From contig CT868068.1 in assembly GCA_000165425.1 (NCBI GenBank), forward strand, positions 62,001 through 126,000: DNA of 64,000 nucleotides. The letters run 5' to 3'. Shown here in pieces: positions 38,305 through 51,600 of this stretch. The translations under genes and the position numbers were made by a program. Under the pieces are notes generated by a model. The model searched no databases. It saw only the letters and a list, made by a program, of their open reading frames with translations, and was not told the origin of the DNA. This DNA comes from Paramecium tetraurelia. Taxonomy: Eukaryota. Position 1 is the stretch's first letter. The number at the start of each line of letters is the position of its first letter.

Positions 38305-38974
38305 ATGGCAGAAGAATAGGTAGCGACTGTGAAATTTGCTAATCAACCTAAATTATTTGGCAAATGGGATTATGATGAAGTCCAAGTGACAGACTAATGT
38401 TTCAAAGACTACATTGCAGTCTAGACTTCAAAATCCAGAGTATTTGTTCCTCACACTGCAGGAAGGTATTCTTTTCATTCGAATATTAGATATCAACGAA
38501 AGAAGTTTAGAAAAGCACAATGCCCAATAGTGGAGAGATTGGCTGGTGCCCTTATGTTCCATGGACGTAACACAGGTAAGAAAGTAAAGGCGGTTGCCAT
38601 AATCAGACATGCATTTGAAATAGTGCACTTGTTGACTGGTAAGAATCCTCTTGCAGTGTTATCTTTGGCTGTTCAAAGAGGAGGAGCCAGAGAAGATTTC
38701 ACCAAAGTTGGAACAGGAGGTGTTGCTAAATAATAAGCAGTTGATGTTGCTCCAATCAGAAGAGTCAATGAAGTATTTATATGCCTGAATATCATTCGTT
38801 TAGGCAGTCCACAATTTAGCAAAGGGTGTTAGAGATTCAGTTTTCAAGAAAATGAAGACTATTGCAGAAGCCCTTGCCGATGAACTTATTGCAGCAGCAA
38901 ATGAAGACGGACAAAAGTCTTACACCATCAAGAAGAGAGATGAACTTGAGAAGGTAGCAAAAACCAATCGTTGA
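38305..38974 (+). CDS. RPS5: 40S ribosomal protein S5 (uS7)
   Basis: [42 protein letters not shown] and [11 protein letters not shown]; two short introns. Confidence 0.98.
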
Positions 38975-39167
38975 TGCATCATATAATAATATACAAACAC
39001 AATAGTCTTTATGGAAATCACAACAAAAATTATAAGTCAAATTTGTATTATAAATATCTGCTTTTGTTTTTGTTGAAAGCAAAGTCATTTGTAGAAATAA
39101 ATCATTTGCATAATTCTTATGTGAAATGAATTTTGTTTGAAAATACATATAATCTTAATTAATTAAA

Positions 39168-40415
39168 ATGGCTCTAAATCCACCTATTACTTAGACTGGA
39201 GTTCCATTAAGAGTGGACTAGGAATTCTTTATATTGTATAGAAATGAAATGGAAGGGGAATTCAAGATTGAAAACATGGGAAAGTTCAGTGCTAAAGGAA
39301 AAGTAAGATAACCATTTTTAAAAGTAGGTATATGTAACCACATGCAGATTGGTTTTTGTAAGTGACAAGTTTTAAAAGGAATCATTCAAATCCTTTGATA
39401 TCCCTTTAGCATATTTGAGTGCTGAGAAATTTCAATAACCAATATTTGGAAGTAATTATTTAGAAGGCAATGTGGATCCATTATATAATCTACTTCCAGG
39501 TAAAACTCATTTTAAATTATGGTTCAAAGCAGGAGGTAGCAATCAATTAATACCCTAGGTTGTGACAAGTTTTTAAGGATACTTGTTAATGTGTTAACAT
39601 AAATTAGAAAATAACGAGGTTCTGGATAACGGGTTCCTGATGCACGTATGATGGAAAATTTTGCAATATCTTAAAGCTAGGCCTTCATAGATCCCAATGA
39701 TCCTAGTGTTATCTATGTACAATAGCCTCATTTAAATTAATAATCATATGGAAATATGGCCTGGGGCGTTCCGTAAAATCCAACTTAGGTTTCTCCTATT
39801 GGAGGACCTGGTTATGGGATGCCATAATAACAATATCCGCCACCACCAATGAATTAGCAGTATTAACAACCTCCTCCTCCTCCTTAAGGCTATCAATAAT
39901 ATTAATAGAGTCCACAATAGAATTACTAAAACAACCAATAAATTGGTATTCCAGTCAATTACAATTATGGATAACAACAATAGCCTTAGACCACTTATAA
40001 CCAACCTTAAGTTCAATAACCATATCAATAAAATAACCAACCTCCAAATCCATATGTTTAATAAAATCCTCCCCCCATATACAATTAACCAAATCCATAT
40101 GCTCAATAAAATCCCACTTACAATTAGCCAAGCAACCCATACACTTAACATCCTCAACAATAATAATAACAACCCCCCCAAACATATGAGACTTAACCAC
40201 AGTAATAGGTGTATTAGAATTAGGTTCCTTAGATATAATAAAATTATCAATATCAATAGGAGTAAAATAATAACCAATAAGCCCCAATCTAAAATAATGA
40301 CCAAGCACCTTAGAATTAGCCCTAATAAGATTAAATCAGAAACCAACCAAATACAGCTTATTACTTTGGTTTTTGGGGTCCACAATTGCAATCAAACTAA
40401 AATGGCATATTGTGA
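39168..40415 (+). CDS. WBP2-like GRAM/PH-domain protein with Q/P/Y-rich tail
   Basis: MALNPP, GKVYVTTCRLVFV, SFDIPL and FQQPIFGSNYLEG, then a low-complexity tail that includes PPPY. Confidence 0.8.
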
Positions 40416-40479
40416 AAAATTCAATAAGATATATATATCTATATAATGTTATTCTATAAATAAGTATACATTTTCACAA

Positions 40480-41938
40480 TCAAATTTGGGATTCATCTGT
40501 CTCTTGAATGACACTAGAATAATACAAACCATAAATACCTTTGAAGATTTTCCCTAACTTGATTGACTAAGAGCTCATAATCTTACTGTCCCACTCCCCA
40601 AACCTTGCAAAAGGATTTAACTACTTCTTCAACGTCATCATTCCTTCTCAATGCTAATCGTCCCACTTTTCTTGGTCCCAATTTTATGTCAATATAAAGG
40701 ATTGGTAATTCCTTTTTGAGTTACCCTCTCTATAGCATTTCAGGAGGAGAGAAGGGTTGATTCTTCACTTTCTCATAGTTCTCTCCACTGGGTTTATGAT
40801 TCAACTTCAGATCTTTTAAATGTTTCCTGTCATTGGCTCTCCTCATTCTCTCAATGGCTTCCCAATATCCTCCAATTCCAGTAGACTGTGATTCAGGCAT
40901 GGAGTAATTAATTTGAGGGTGGAATGAGCATTTACTATATTCTGATTCCTCCTTCTCTTATTCAGCTATTTTAGCTCGTTCTTCTATTTCCTATCTATTC
41001 TTCACTTAATATAACCTATCTACCACATTGGGTAATTCTTTTTTTGAGATGATTTGTGGTTTGAATGTACACTCTTGCATGTCTTTCATTAGTTTTTCCT
41101 GCTTTAAAAACTCAATCTTCTGATTGGATAATTCCTTCTTTTTATAAAGTTCATTCACTCTACTTTCTGCAAGTCCTGATGATAATTGTGATGATGATTC
41201 TTGATTTTCCTTCTTTCCTGATTATTATTGAAGAGCTTCACTTATAGGGTTGATTGTTGGTTTGAATGTCAAAGTCTTTTCATAAGTTTCTATTAAATTT
41301 TATGCTAGAGATGCTTTTAAATAGCCTATTTTAGCTCCAGATAGTCTTGTCTTTTGATATGCTTAGAATTCTGAACAAAATTTGTGGATTGCTTCAAAAT
41401 CAAATTCTTTGTCAGAAATCTTCTCTAAATATTCTTTGATTAAAATAGCGCATTTAGATGGTTCTAATTAATTGGGATCCAAGATGATTCTAAACAAACA
41501 AAAGGCAGCTTGTATATCAACCTTCTCTTCATCGTTAGAAATAATTGCAAATGCTTTCTCATGCAAATCTACTTCTTATTGTCTACCTTAAAGATTTGGT
41601 GTTACTTTTGCATAGGATTGTTGAGACCTTGTGCCTCTAACTGATAATCTTGATTATACGAGATAGCTTAGAATATGTCAAGCAATGTGAATAATCGTCC
41701 TAATTGTTAGAAATCAATTTGTCCACTATTTTGTTCATCCACTTCTTTTAATGTCTATGATAGAGATATGAAATACATCATTCAATTTACGTTCCAATTT
41801 AGACACTAAGATTTTGGTACTAGATTGGCTGACTAATTTTTGACTTCCCTAATCTTGATTACTCTTTTTATTTGACTTATTATTTTTTGCGCAAATCTCT
41901 TCGATAAGCTCCTTCTCTCTGTCAGATAAATTTATCAT
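40480..41938 (-). CDS. Hypothetical protein with TFKP-type repeats and a conserved-looking C-terminal domain
   Basis: Repeats LTFKPTIN, ECTFKPQI and CSFHPQIN; C-terminal LYIDIKLGPRKVGRLALRRNDD; short introns. Confidence 0.7.
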
Positions 41939-42020
41939 AATATTTTTATTTATTCCTATATAAATTATATTGCATATTAAACGCTGTATTCATTCCGACT
42001 AAAACAATCACAATTCTTTA

Positions 42021-42971
42021 TCATCTGAACCAAGTGCTAAATCCTTTCCCTCTGCCATTTCTCACTATCAAATACTTGCAGTCTTTCGAAACATAGAAAC
42101 TATTTTCACAGCCTGCAAATGCTATCGATTACTGTAATTACAGTTCCTTGTCATGATAACTAAATATTCGAATTGTTTTATTGAATTTATGAAACAGCAA
42201 TTTTCCTTCGTTCTAAAAACTGATTGAATTTTCCCGACTGATGTCAGGTTTTTTTTCGAGATAAATTTCTGTTATTCTAATTAATTTTGAACGCCAATGG
42301 TTCCATTCATATTACATTAATTTCTAACTAGTACTTGGTGATGATACGAACATATTTTAATCCAAAAATACCACCATTTTCCAAATTGAATAAATTGATG
42401 TTCTTACTTTATAACTAATTTGCCATTTCTAACCATTTTAACATTTAGCCAAAAGTATTAAACTTTGCATCCCAATCACTAATTCCTTTTCTGACTCACT
42501 CAAACTCATACTAGTAGCTTTCTCTTCTAGTTCTAATTCAAAATAAATTATCCTCTTTTATGTACTTTATTCCTTCTACCAAAATTGTAAGGATCTTTCA
42601 AAAGAAATTATCATCTTTTTTTCATCTCTATTGAATATGAGGAATTATATTCTCTCTTACAAACTAATCACTTTTCCTTTTGCCCACACCTTTTCTTCAT
42701 TGAACTTCCAAAAACTTAGACAACACCCCATTGTGATAAAAGTTTTGCCTGATTTCATAAAATACACCTAATGTATTAGTAATTCCTAATTTTAGATTAT
42801 TTATGTATTAATCATCTGCCCATCGTCTTGCAGTGAATATATATATATAACTGTCCAAGTGCACCCAATCAGGATTGTTGAATCATTATTGATCGTAAAG
42901 CATTTAAAAGACTCATTATCTATTTTTTCTTGTTGATTCACAATCTCAAACTTTTAGTACTTCTAATTCAT
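42021..42971 (-). CDS. Divergent WD40/beta-propeller-like protein (316 aa)
   Basis: Fully open frame; repeated patterns such as CFTINNDSTILIG, LSFWK, LIFNRDEKKMII and LQFWQ. Confidence 0.6.
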
Positions 42972-43038
42972 ATGATAAGGATTATTATTATTGAATTATA
43001 AACTATGCATAATACTAAATGGGACTGTTATATCATAA

Positions 43039-44223
43039 TCAAAATTTCCAATTAGAATCTGTAGCCATAGCCCAAATGAATTTATTTCTTAAAGTTTTTG
43101 AAAACACTCTTTCAATAGGCACATCATGTACTTTACAAAATGCAACACTNNNNNNNNNNNNNNNNNNNNNNNNNNNNNNNNNNNNNNNNNNNNNNNNNNN
43201 NNNNNNNNNNNNNNNCAATTTGATATGTTCTACTCTAAGACTGCAACAACCTACTGTATCTGCTTCATCCTCATCCTTATCATTTCCAACTCTCAATGCC
43301 AATTTATCTATCAAATAGGTTGCTGTTCCTAATTATCTTTCTTTAATTGAATCTGATTGTAATTTCTTAGTGTAATTTTCTCTAATTTGATCAATTTAAT
43401 TCTTCAATCTCCTTGCCTTCTCATACTTCCTCTTATCATTCATCTACTTAAATCTTGAAGTGGCAGCAAATTGAACATATTTATGATTGTCCTTTCTGAT
43501 GCTTGAATCCACATAAGAAAACAGCCAAGTGACATCATTTCTATGCACAATCTTGCCCCAAGAATGACCAGGTAATTTACATTAAGGCACTGGTGCTTAA
43601 GTGCTTAGATTCACTGTTAATTCTTCTGGAAATATCCTGGCTTTCAATAACCCAGCCTTTGGATGTTCCCCTCGTCCCTTGAATAAAGTGGGCTATTCCA
43701 GTGTGTAATTACCTACTCTTTCCAAACAACCATCCACCAAAGCATATCCATAAAACAACTCCCTTTGATCTCTTTCTAATTTCTCCTACTTTTTTTATTC
43801 ATCTGATTTATTCAATCTCAATAATCTTTGCTATTCCAAATGTTCCCTTATCTTTGTGAAATCAGCCTTGTCCAATTAAAACCCTTCAAATTTAGTCTGC
43901 ATTAGAGATTCAAAATTCTTCCTATAAATTTCCTTATTTTCATATGGAGATCCAATCGATTACGCCCAATACGTGCAAAGTTCTTCCTACTCCTCCGTCA
44001 GGGTTATCAATTTCCCATTGTATATCAAACCCACATTATGTCTCTTATAAAATGGAGGAAACAAAACTCCATGATGTTCTAAGTACCTCCACTCCTAACC
44101 CTATTGTTCTTCTTCTTCAGATTCCTCAGGATTGGCTTCTTCCCACCAGTTGTGTGATCTTGCTTGGAATCCCCCCAAACGAATCTCTTTATATTCATCA
44201 ATTTTGATTTTCTTGTCACCCAT
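43039..44223 (-). CDS. TOP1: DNA topoisomerase IB, interrupted by an assembly gap
   Basis: [31 protein letters not shown] and [30 protein letters not shown]; after the N-run comes the C-terminal [26 protein letters not shown]. Confidence 0.95.
43150..43215. other. Assembly gap (66 N)
   Basis: Run of N bases in the sequence. Confidence 1.
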
Positions 44224-44386
44224 TTTATATTAAATAATTTAATTTCTTATTTCAAATATCAATGCCTGATCTATTAATACGAACTAATTTTATTAATAAT
44301 TCATAAATCAAAGCACCTCCTCAGTATCTCCTTTCTTAATATTTTGGAATTCATAAAACCTTGCAAATATTATTATTATAAAAATA

Positions 44387-45601
44387 ATGTAACAGGAGGA
44401 AAGAAGGATAACCAAAGACTATCTTAAAAAGCTGTTAAGAAAGGAATTCAAACTCTATTACACCACTCCTGAGCTTAATGATTGTCTTTACTTGCATTAC
44501 AAAGGTTTTGAAAAGATTGAAAATCTCGAAGAGTTCACAGGATTAAAAGTAATTTATTTGGAAGGAAATGGTCTTAACAATATTGAAGGTACATTGATAC
44601 AAAAATCATAGGACTTGATTGTTTGATTTCTTTAAAATGCTTGTATTTATAGGAGAATGTAATCAGGAAAATTGAAAACTTGAACATGCTAACTGAGTTA
44701 ATTAATCTAAATCTAAGTGATAATATGATAAGCAAGATCGAAGGGTATGATAATTCTATTAAACAATGTAGGTTGGAATAATGCTAAAAATTATAGACTC
44801 TTTAAATCAAAAGAAATAGAATTGGATTGAATGGACTTAGCGATTTGGAAGGATTGCTATGCTTACCAAATTTATCAGTGTTGGATGTATCAGATAATAA
44901 AATAGATGACCCAAATGTTTTGGATGAAATATTTTTGAAAATGCCTCAATTATCAGTGTTGTACTTCTAGAACAATACAGCTGGGAAGTAGATTCAACAC
45001 TATCGAAAAACACTCATTAGTAGAATTAAAACACTAAAGTATTTGGATGACAGACCTGTCTTTGATGATGAAAGAAGTAATATCTTTAGATACAAACCAT
45101 TTAGGATTTGCTGAGGCCTTTGCCAAAGGAGGACTAGATTTGGAGAGAGAAGAAAGACAAAAGTATAAGAAAGAGCAGGAGGAAGAACATATGAGACAAC
45201 ATCAGAACTTTAAAGATATGATTCGTAGATACAGAGAAGAGTAGTAATAATAACAAGAATCATAATAATAAGAAGAATTATAATAAGTTGATAATGTTTC
45301 TGAAAATGAAGAACCTTCACATTTATCAACTTATAATACTTAATCGAATGCTAGTGATGTTAGATCATCTGCTTAACAATCCGCTCAACATTCAGAACAT
45401 TAATCAGAGAAACACTCAGATAAGTAATCAGACAATCAATCCGAAAATAATTCAAGAATTGCAGATGGACACAGTGAACACAGAAGTGTAGATGGAGATT
45501 AGAAGAGTGTAGATGGTGCCAGTGATCATGGTAGCGAATAAGTAGAGATTAATGCAATAGGAAATTTTGGGCAGTCAACTCAACTTGATGAAATTGATTG
45601 A
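44387..45601 (+). CDS. DNAAF1: Dynein axonemal assembly factor 1 (LRRC50/ODA7-like LRR protein)
   Basis: [35 protein letters not shown] repeats, [10 protein letters not shown] and [17 protein letters not shown]; three short introns. Confidence 0.9.
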
Positions 45602-45624
45602 TATATATATGTAAATAAATATAA

Positions 45625-47253
45625 ATGGAGGATTATCGAAGTGCTATTAAGAAATTGAAATTGCAAGCCTAATAGTTAGAGTAGGAAAATAATGAATTAA
45701 AGGTTAAGTTGGCTATGCCTGCAGATGAAGAATTGCGAATACCATAATTTGAGGTTATCTTGTCTTCAAATACTTCTCAATTGTACATCCGTGAAAAGGT
45801 ATTGAAAGAATTATAAAAATGTTGCAATGAAAGAGGAATGACAGTTGAGATGCTTTTTAGATGTGCAGACAAAAGATTTACCGGTAAATTGACTATTCAA
45901 GAATTCAAAGAATTTTTAGATTCATTTTTTGATGGAAGAATAGATGGAATCACTCTTCAAAAGGTAGCTTTACTATTTGATGATGATTGCAGTGGATTCA
46001 TAATGAGGGAAGAATTCTATAGGGTTCTAATGTATTGTAAATGTAATGCTGAAGAACATGCCTATATTCTAAATACTCAAGCTATGAAAATGGGTTAGCC
46101 TCAAGATGATCCAGCAAAAATTTAGGAAAGAGTCCTGGAGAAATTTATTAAATATGTCTAAGGTTTGAAGAATACTCCCAAAGGCATTGTAGAATAAATC
46201 GATTATTAGTAAAAAGGATACATTACAACAGATGATTTATTGATGGCAATGAAAAATGACTTTGGCTCCAATGAGATCTTTATAATCATGAAGTACTTCG
46301 ACATCAAACAATTGAACAAAGTCAAAGATGATGATTTTTTATTTGATCTCAAGGAATGTCTTAATCCCAACAAAACTGCATAGCAATTATTAGCTCTAAG
46401 AGAAAATAACACTGGTTTACGCATTCTTTAGGATATGAGAAAATTTAGACAGGTCTTAAGATAATATAAATTGGATCCTATGATGATTTATTATTAATGC
46501 TATCCAAAAGATGTGTAAAGAAAATAAATTACAGATTTGGCAATTGCATTTAGTAAATACATGAAAGGAACTCAATTTGATTAGATTATGAATTGGATGA
46601 GGTTAATCGATACAAGTTAAGATGGGGCTGTTGATATTGAAGAGTTTAAAATGGCAATTCTTATTGAGGAGGATCTGGCAACTTATCAGTAGTTAAAGGT
46701 TGAAAGACAAGAATAAATTGAACCAACTCTGATTGAGGTAGTCATCGAGAAAATGAAGAAGAAATAAGTTGGATTGGAAGAGTTCTTTGATTGGATTGAC
46801 ACTGATAAAAGTTAAATTGTAACTGTTTTAGAATTGAGAAAAGGGTTTTTAGCATTGAATATTGATATTGGATATGTGCTTAAGCTGTTAAAATTGTTTG
46901 ATAAGGATTAGAAAGGGTAAGTGGACATATGTGAGTTTTACGAAGCTTTTGGTTTGGAATACAAGGAGGAGACTGATAGAATAATTATGAAAAAGGCCGC
47001 CAATAAGTTGAATAATCTTTTTATTAAGAATTAAACTAATTTTGTTGCAGGAATGAAAAAATTGCTGTATACTTTCAATTAGTCTTGTCCAGTCATTACA
47101 TGTGAAGAGTTTCTCTTGGCAATGGATACGGTTAAGGATAAGTGTAATTTAATGGATGGAGAAATATATAAGATGATGGAATTTGCAGATACGGAAAAAA
47201 AAAATCAAATTTAATTAAACTCATTTTGTAATTATTTATATGGTCTACTCTGA
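45625..47253 (+). CDS. Multi-EF-hand calcium-binding protein
   Basis: EF-hand loops DKRFTGKLTIQEF, DDDCSGFIMREEF, DTSQDGAVDIEEF, DTDKSQIVTVLEL and DKDQKGQVDICEF. Confidence 0.85.
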
Positions 47254-47308
47254 GTATTTTTATGTTCTCAAAGCAATTATTTTATGATATATTATAATAT
47301 TTAATTAT

Positions 47309-49073
47309 TCATTACATTCTTTATGCAGCACTATATTTAACAGTATTTTATTTAAATTTGGTTTTATATCTATCAGATTCCTTATTTGCTTGGGGTTATG
47401 CAGAATTATTATGATCTAAAGTAAATAAATTAACAGCTGAGTGACTAGTCATCATTGATGTTTATGAATTTTGAACTGGTTAGGCTGAAAATAGATCAAT
47501 TGTGCGTGGTTTATTTTGATCATCAGCTGAAAATGATCCACCACCTAAAGAGTTGGTTTAAAATAAAAAATTATTATTGTTATTGTTATTGTTATTATTA
47601 CTGTAATTTTATTATTTCTATTAGTTGAATCCAAATAAATCATTTGTATTCGTTTGATTTTATTAGAAGGTTTAATATACAGATTGAGATTACTAGGTAT
47701 TACCTTAATTAAAAACATTCTAACTAAATTGATTTGTAGAAAATGGATTAGAGGATGCTTGTACTTATTGGGAGAAGAAAGATTAGTTGGAAAACACCTG
47801 TTATTATATTTATGGTTCTTACTAAAATGGGAAGACAGGTTGTTATTATTATGAAACAAAGGGAGTTTGAAACTAATTTTACATTGGTTATTATTGGAAT
47901 AGATTAAATGTTGATTAGTCTTATGGTGGTTGATTAGTGATCCATGGAGCATTAAAGAGGGTGGTTTCAATATTAGAAGTAAAGGGATTGACTTCAATAG
48001 CAGGTGGTAATGTTTATGGCTATGGTTCTATTTTTTATTAAATGATAGTATCCTATTTGACCTCTTATAAGGGCTGTTAAATTGATTCTATTGGTGCTGA
48101 TGATTATTATTTTTATTATACTTATTGTAATTATTCATCTGTATTTTTAGTGTTATTTTCTAATTATTTAACTTACTAAATTTATTAAATTGGTTGCTGC
48201 TATTCATAACTGGGTGAAATGGGTTTTGCATCATTTGAAGGTGTTTTGGGATTGTACTCAAATTCCTATTTTTTTAATTTGTTAAATCTTGTCGTTGGTT
48301 ATTTCTTTATAATAATGGATTCGGATGCACTTTGATTTCCCTCCTCCTCACTAGGTTTTATAGTATTCTCTGATTTTTGGACTGTTTTTCTTCCGTTTTC
48401 AAAAAGAGGTTCATCTTGGACATCAAAGATAACGCTGTCTGTTCTTCTAATTGAGATTTGGGAGGACTTCTTCTTTTTTTCTTCAAATGGAGCAAAGTCA
48501 TTTTTTATTACACTGATGGGTTTGTCTTCCAAATACTGGAGGAACTGTTTTTTCTAAAAGTTGATTGATGCCTTTGATTATGAGAGTGTTTAAGTGTCAT
48601 AGGTTTGATTTTTAGTGGGTTTGGATTGAACTTTAAAAAAAGTTGGATTGGATGCATCATTTTAGGAACTCCATCTTTAACTATAAGAGGAGTGATCTTG
48701 AGATTGATCTTCTCTCTTCCATCTAGGGTTGCTTATTTTGTGATCAATAGCAGGTTTCTTTAAAGTTAATAGAAAGCAATATTACTTCATCTTTATTAAT
48801 CTAATATTAGATGGTTGGGCATTTAGAGCAATCGGTTCCTTTGACAATTGTTTTCTAATAATCATTTAAGCGGATTAGAGATTTCTTGTAGGGATTAAGG
48901 CGTTCTTATTTCTTTTCGATTTGAACGAATTTGTTTTTGAGGTTGTATTAAGAGTTTGAAGATTGTAAGTCTTGTGGAATGGTTATTGATGCTTGGGATG
49001 AATAATCGATTTATGGACTTGCATTTAAGCCCAAGAATGATTTAAAGCTCTTTCTCATTCTTTCGAAAGACAT
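47309..49073 (-). CDS. Gln-rich low-complexity protein with NPF/DPF-like motifs
   Basis: Long coding-like frame starting MSFERMRKSF; many Gln runs; motifs QNPF and SNPFS; ends AAQRMQ-TGA. Confidence 0.7.
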
Positions 49074-49183
49074 TAAAATCAAATTTAAAATTATTCATTC
49101 AATTTATTTATATTTATTTTAAGTTCAAATAAAGTTTGATAAAGTAATCCCAATGAGAAATTAATTATTTAATTTAAATAGAA

Positions 49184-51558
49184 ATGACAAGTATTTGTGA
49201 ACATATCATTGAACAACACATCACATGGTCAGTCTAGGGACAGATGATATACAAGGATCAATGCACTCGATGTTTTGTGGAAGCCAAAAGTGACAATGGT
49301 ATACAGGTGTGTTTGAAATGTTTTAATGGAGGTTGTATTGAAATGCACAGTCCTCAGCATAGTGATCAACATAATCATTACGTTGTTTTGAACATCAGAT
49401 TATTTGAGATCGAATAACCATAACAGAAAGTGGAGGAGATTAATAAACTAGTGATTGCCGACATTCCATAATTGGAGTGTGAAACAAGTGTGACTTGTTT
49501 GAAATGCTAGAAAGCATTGAATTCTCCAGAGTTGGATGGATTGGTTTAGTCAATTAAATAAGCCAATTCTGCATTTAAAAGACAAGCAATAGCATAATGG
49601 GAACACACAGCTTAACCATGCGAACATACATTAACAATGGAATAGATACCATTGGTTGAGAAGAATTTATAAAAATGTAGAAGTTGTCATTTGTCATCTA
49701 ATTTATGGTTATGTTTGTATTGTGGACATGTAGGTTGTGGTAGAAAAGTGTACGATGGATCAGGAGGAAATAATCATGCTGTTGATCATTCTAAGGAATT
49801 TTAACATCATTTGGTTGTCAAATTGGGAACAATCACATCGGATGGTAAAGGTGATGTATTTTGTTACAAATGTGATGATGAGGTAGTTGATAACTTTCTT
49901 AAAGAGCATCTGGCTACTTATGGAATTGAAATTGAAAAGTAAGTGAAGACAGAAAAAACCATTGCAGAATTAACCTTGGATGCCAATTTATCATTGTAAT
50001 TGAGTAAATTGATAGAAGAGGGTTAAGTGTTGGATCCAATCTTTGGACCTGAATTCACAGGAATTGATAACATTGGAAACACATGTTATATGAATTCAGT
50101 TGTTTAAGTATTGTTTAGTATACCAGAATTCTAAAAGTTGTACTCTCTTGAACATTAATTCAATTGCAATAGATTGCCATACAATTGTATTTTGTGTCAG
50201 ATCAGCAAGGTTAATCATGGTCTTAATAGTGGTGAGTTTTCAATAAAAAAGGTAGCCAAATCTCCTTTGGATACTGAAGGAGCCTAAAAGGATTTCTACT
50301 AAGATGGAATCAGATTGTATGATTTCAAGCAATTAGTAGCAAAGGGAAATCAACACTTTCTTTCCAATCATTAATAAGATGCATTAGAGTATTGGCAATT
50401 ACTGAACTAATTCTTTTAGAAGACAGAAAAATAATTCAAATTAGAATAGTTATCCACTATCTTCTCATTCGATTAGACCACTATACTTTAATGTGTGAAT
50501 TGTGGGGGACACAAAACAAATAGTGTCAAAAATTAAGAATTCAAAGTGCCTGTTGAATAGCCTACTTAGGAGTAGATTAATCTCTATTATGCTCAAGAGA
50601 AATAGAAGTATGAGGAGAGAATCAAAACTATGAGACCAGAAGACATAAAGCCATTCGAATTGAATGATTTACCTGAGTATGACACAACCTTTGAAAAGTG
50701 TTTGTAATTAGTCAAGGAAGGAGAACGAGTAGATATGTTTTGTCCTAAATGTTAATCTCTCTAATTATTCGTGAAATAAGAGTATTTTAAGACTTTCCCT
50801 AAATATTTATTTGTACCTGTAAATAGATTCGTTTAAGAGAATTGGGTTCCCAAGAAATTGAATGCATCTATTAAAATTTAACAGTTCTATGATTTTGCTG
50901 AATTCAAAGAGCCTGTGTTGCAAGATAAAGATGCTTTGAAAGAGTAATCTGCATAGGAGTATACAGAGGAAAACTTGTAGACTTTAATCGGAATGGGTTT
51001 TGGAGAGAACAGATGTAAACGAGCCTTGATCAAATATAAGAATGACGTTGAAGCTGCTATGATGTTTATTATGGAATCTTTAGATGATCCAACTCAAGAT
51101 TAACCATTATAACAAAAACAATAAGGATAACAAATTAACGAAGAGTTTGTGGAATAAATAGTTGTAATGGGATTCAGTCCAGAATAAGCTAAATTTGCAT
51201 TATCTAAGACAGTATATAATTAGCATCTATATATAATAGGATAATAATTTGGAGAGAGCTATGGATTACATCTTCAACCACGACCTAGAAGCTGAGATGA
51301 GTCAGACCCAAGAGAAGTAACAATAGAAATAAGATCAATTTGAAAATCAAACATCTAAATATGAATTGTTTGGTATCTGATCCATATTAATTTGTAGCCT
51401 GTATCGTCCATTTAGGGAAGTCTGTTCACTGTGGACATTATGTATCCTACATAAGAAAGAATGGAGAATGGATCCTATTCAACGATTCAAAGGTTGCCAA
51501 GTCTGCAGAACCAGCATTACACAAGGGTTACATGTACATCTTCAGAAGACTGGATTGA
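49184..51558 (+). CDS. USP5: Ubiquitin-specific protease of the USP5/USP13 (isopeptidase T) family
   Basis: ZnF-UBP NLWLCLYCGHVGCGR...GGNNHA, Cys box GIDNIGNTCYMNSV, QQDALEY, two UBA domains (MGF motifs) and His box HLGKSVHCGHYV. Confidence 0.95.
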
Positions 51559-51600
51559 TCATTTTGATAATTATAATTATAAAAATAAAAATTAATTTTC

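Noticed and set aside
39744..40391. 215-aa Leu/Ile/Trp-rich minus-strand ORF that looks like a membrane protein, plus other overlapping ORFs
   Set aside because: Antisense or off-frame shadow of the Q/P/Y-rich tail of the WBP2-like gene.
43039..44223. Split, two-subunit topoisomerase IB as in trypanosomatids
   Set aside because: The break coincides with an N gap, and both parts are collinear on the same strand; there is no evidence of separate genes.
47545..47997. Asn-rich 150-aa ORF and its antisense partner
   Set aside because: Off-frame reading of TAA/CAA Gln runs in the gene at 47309-49073.
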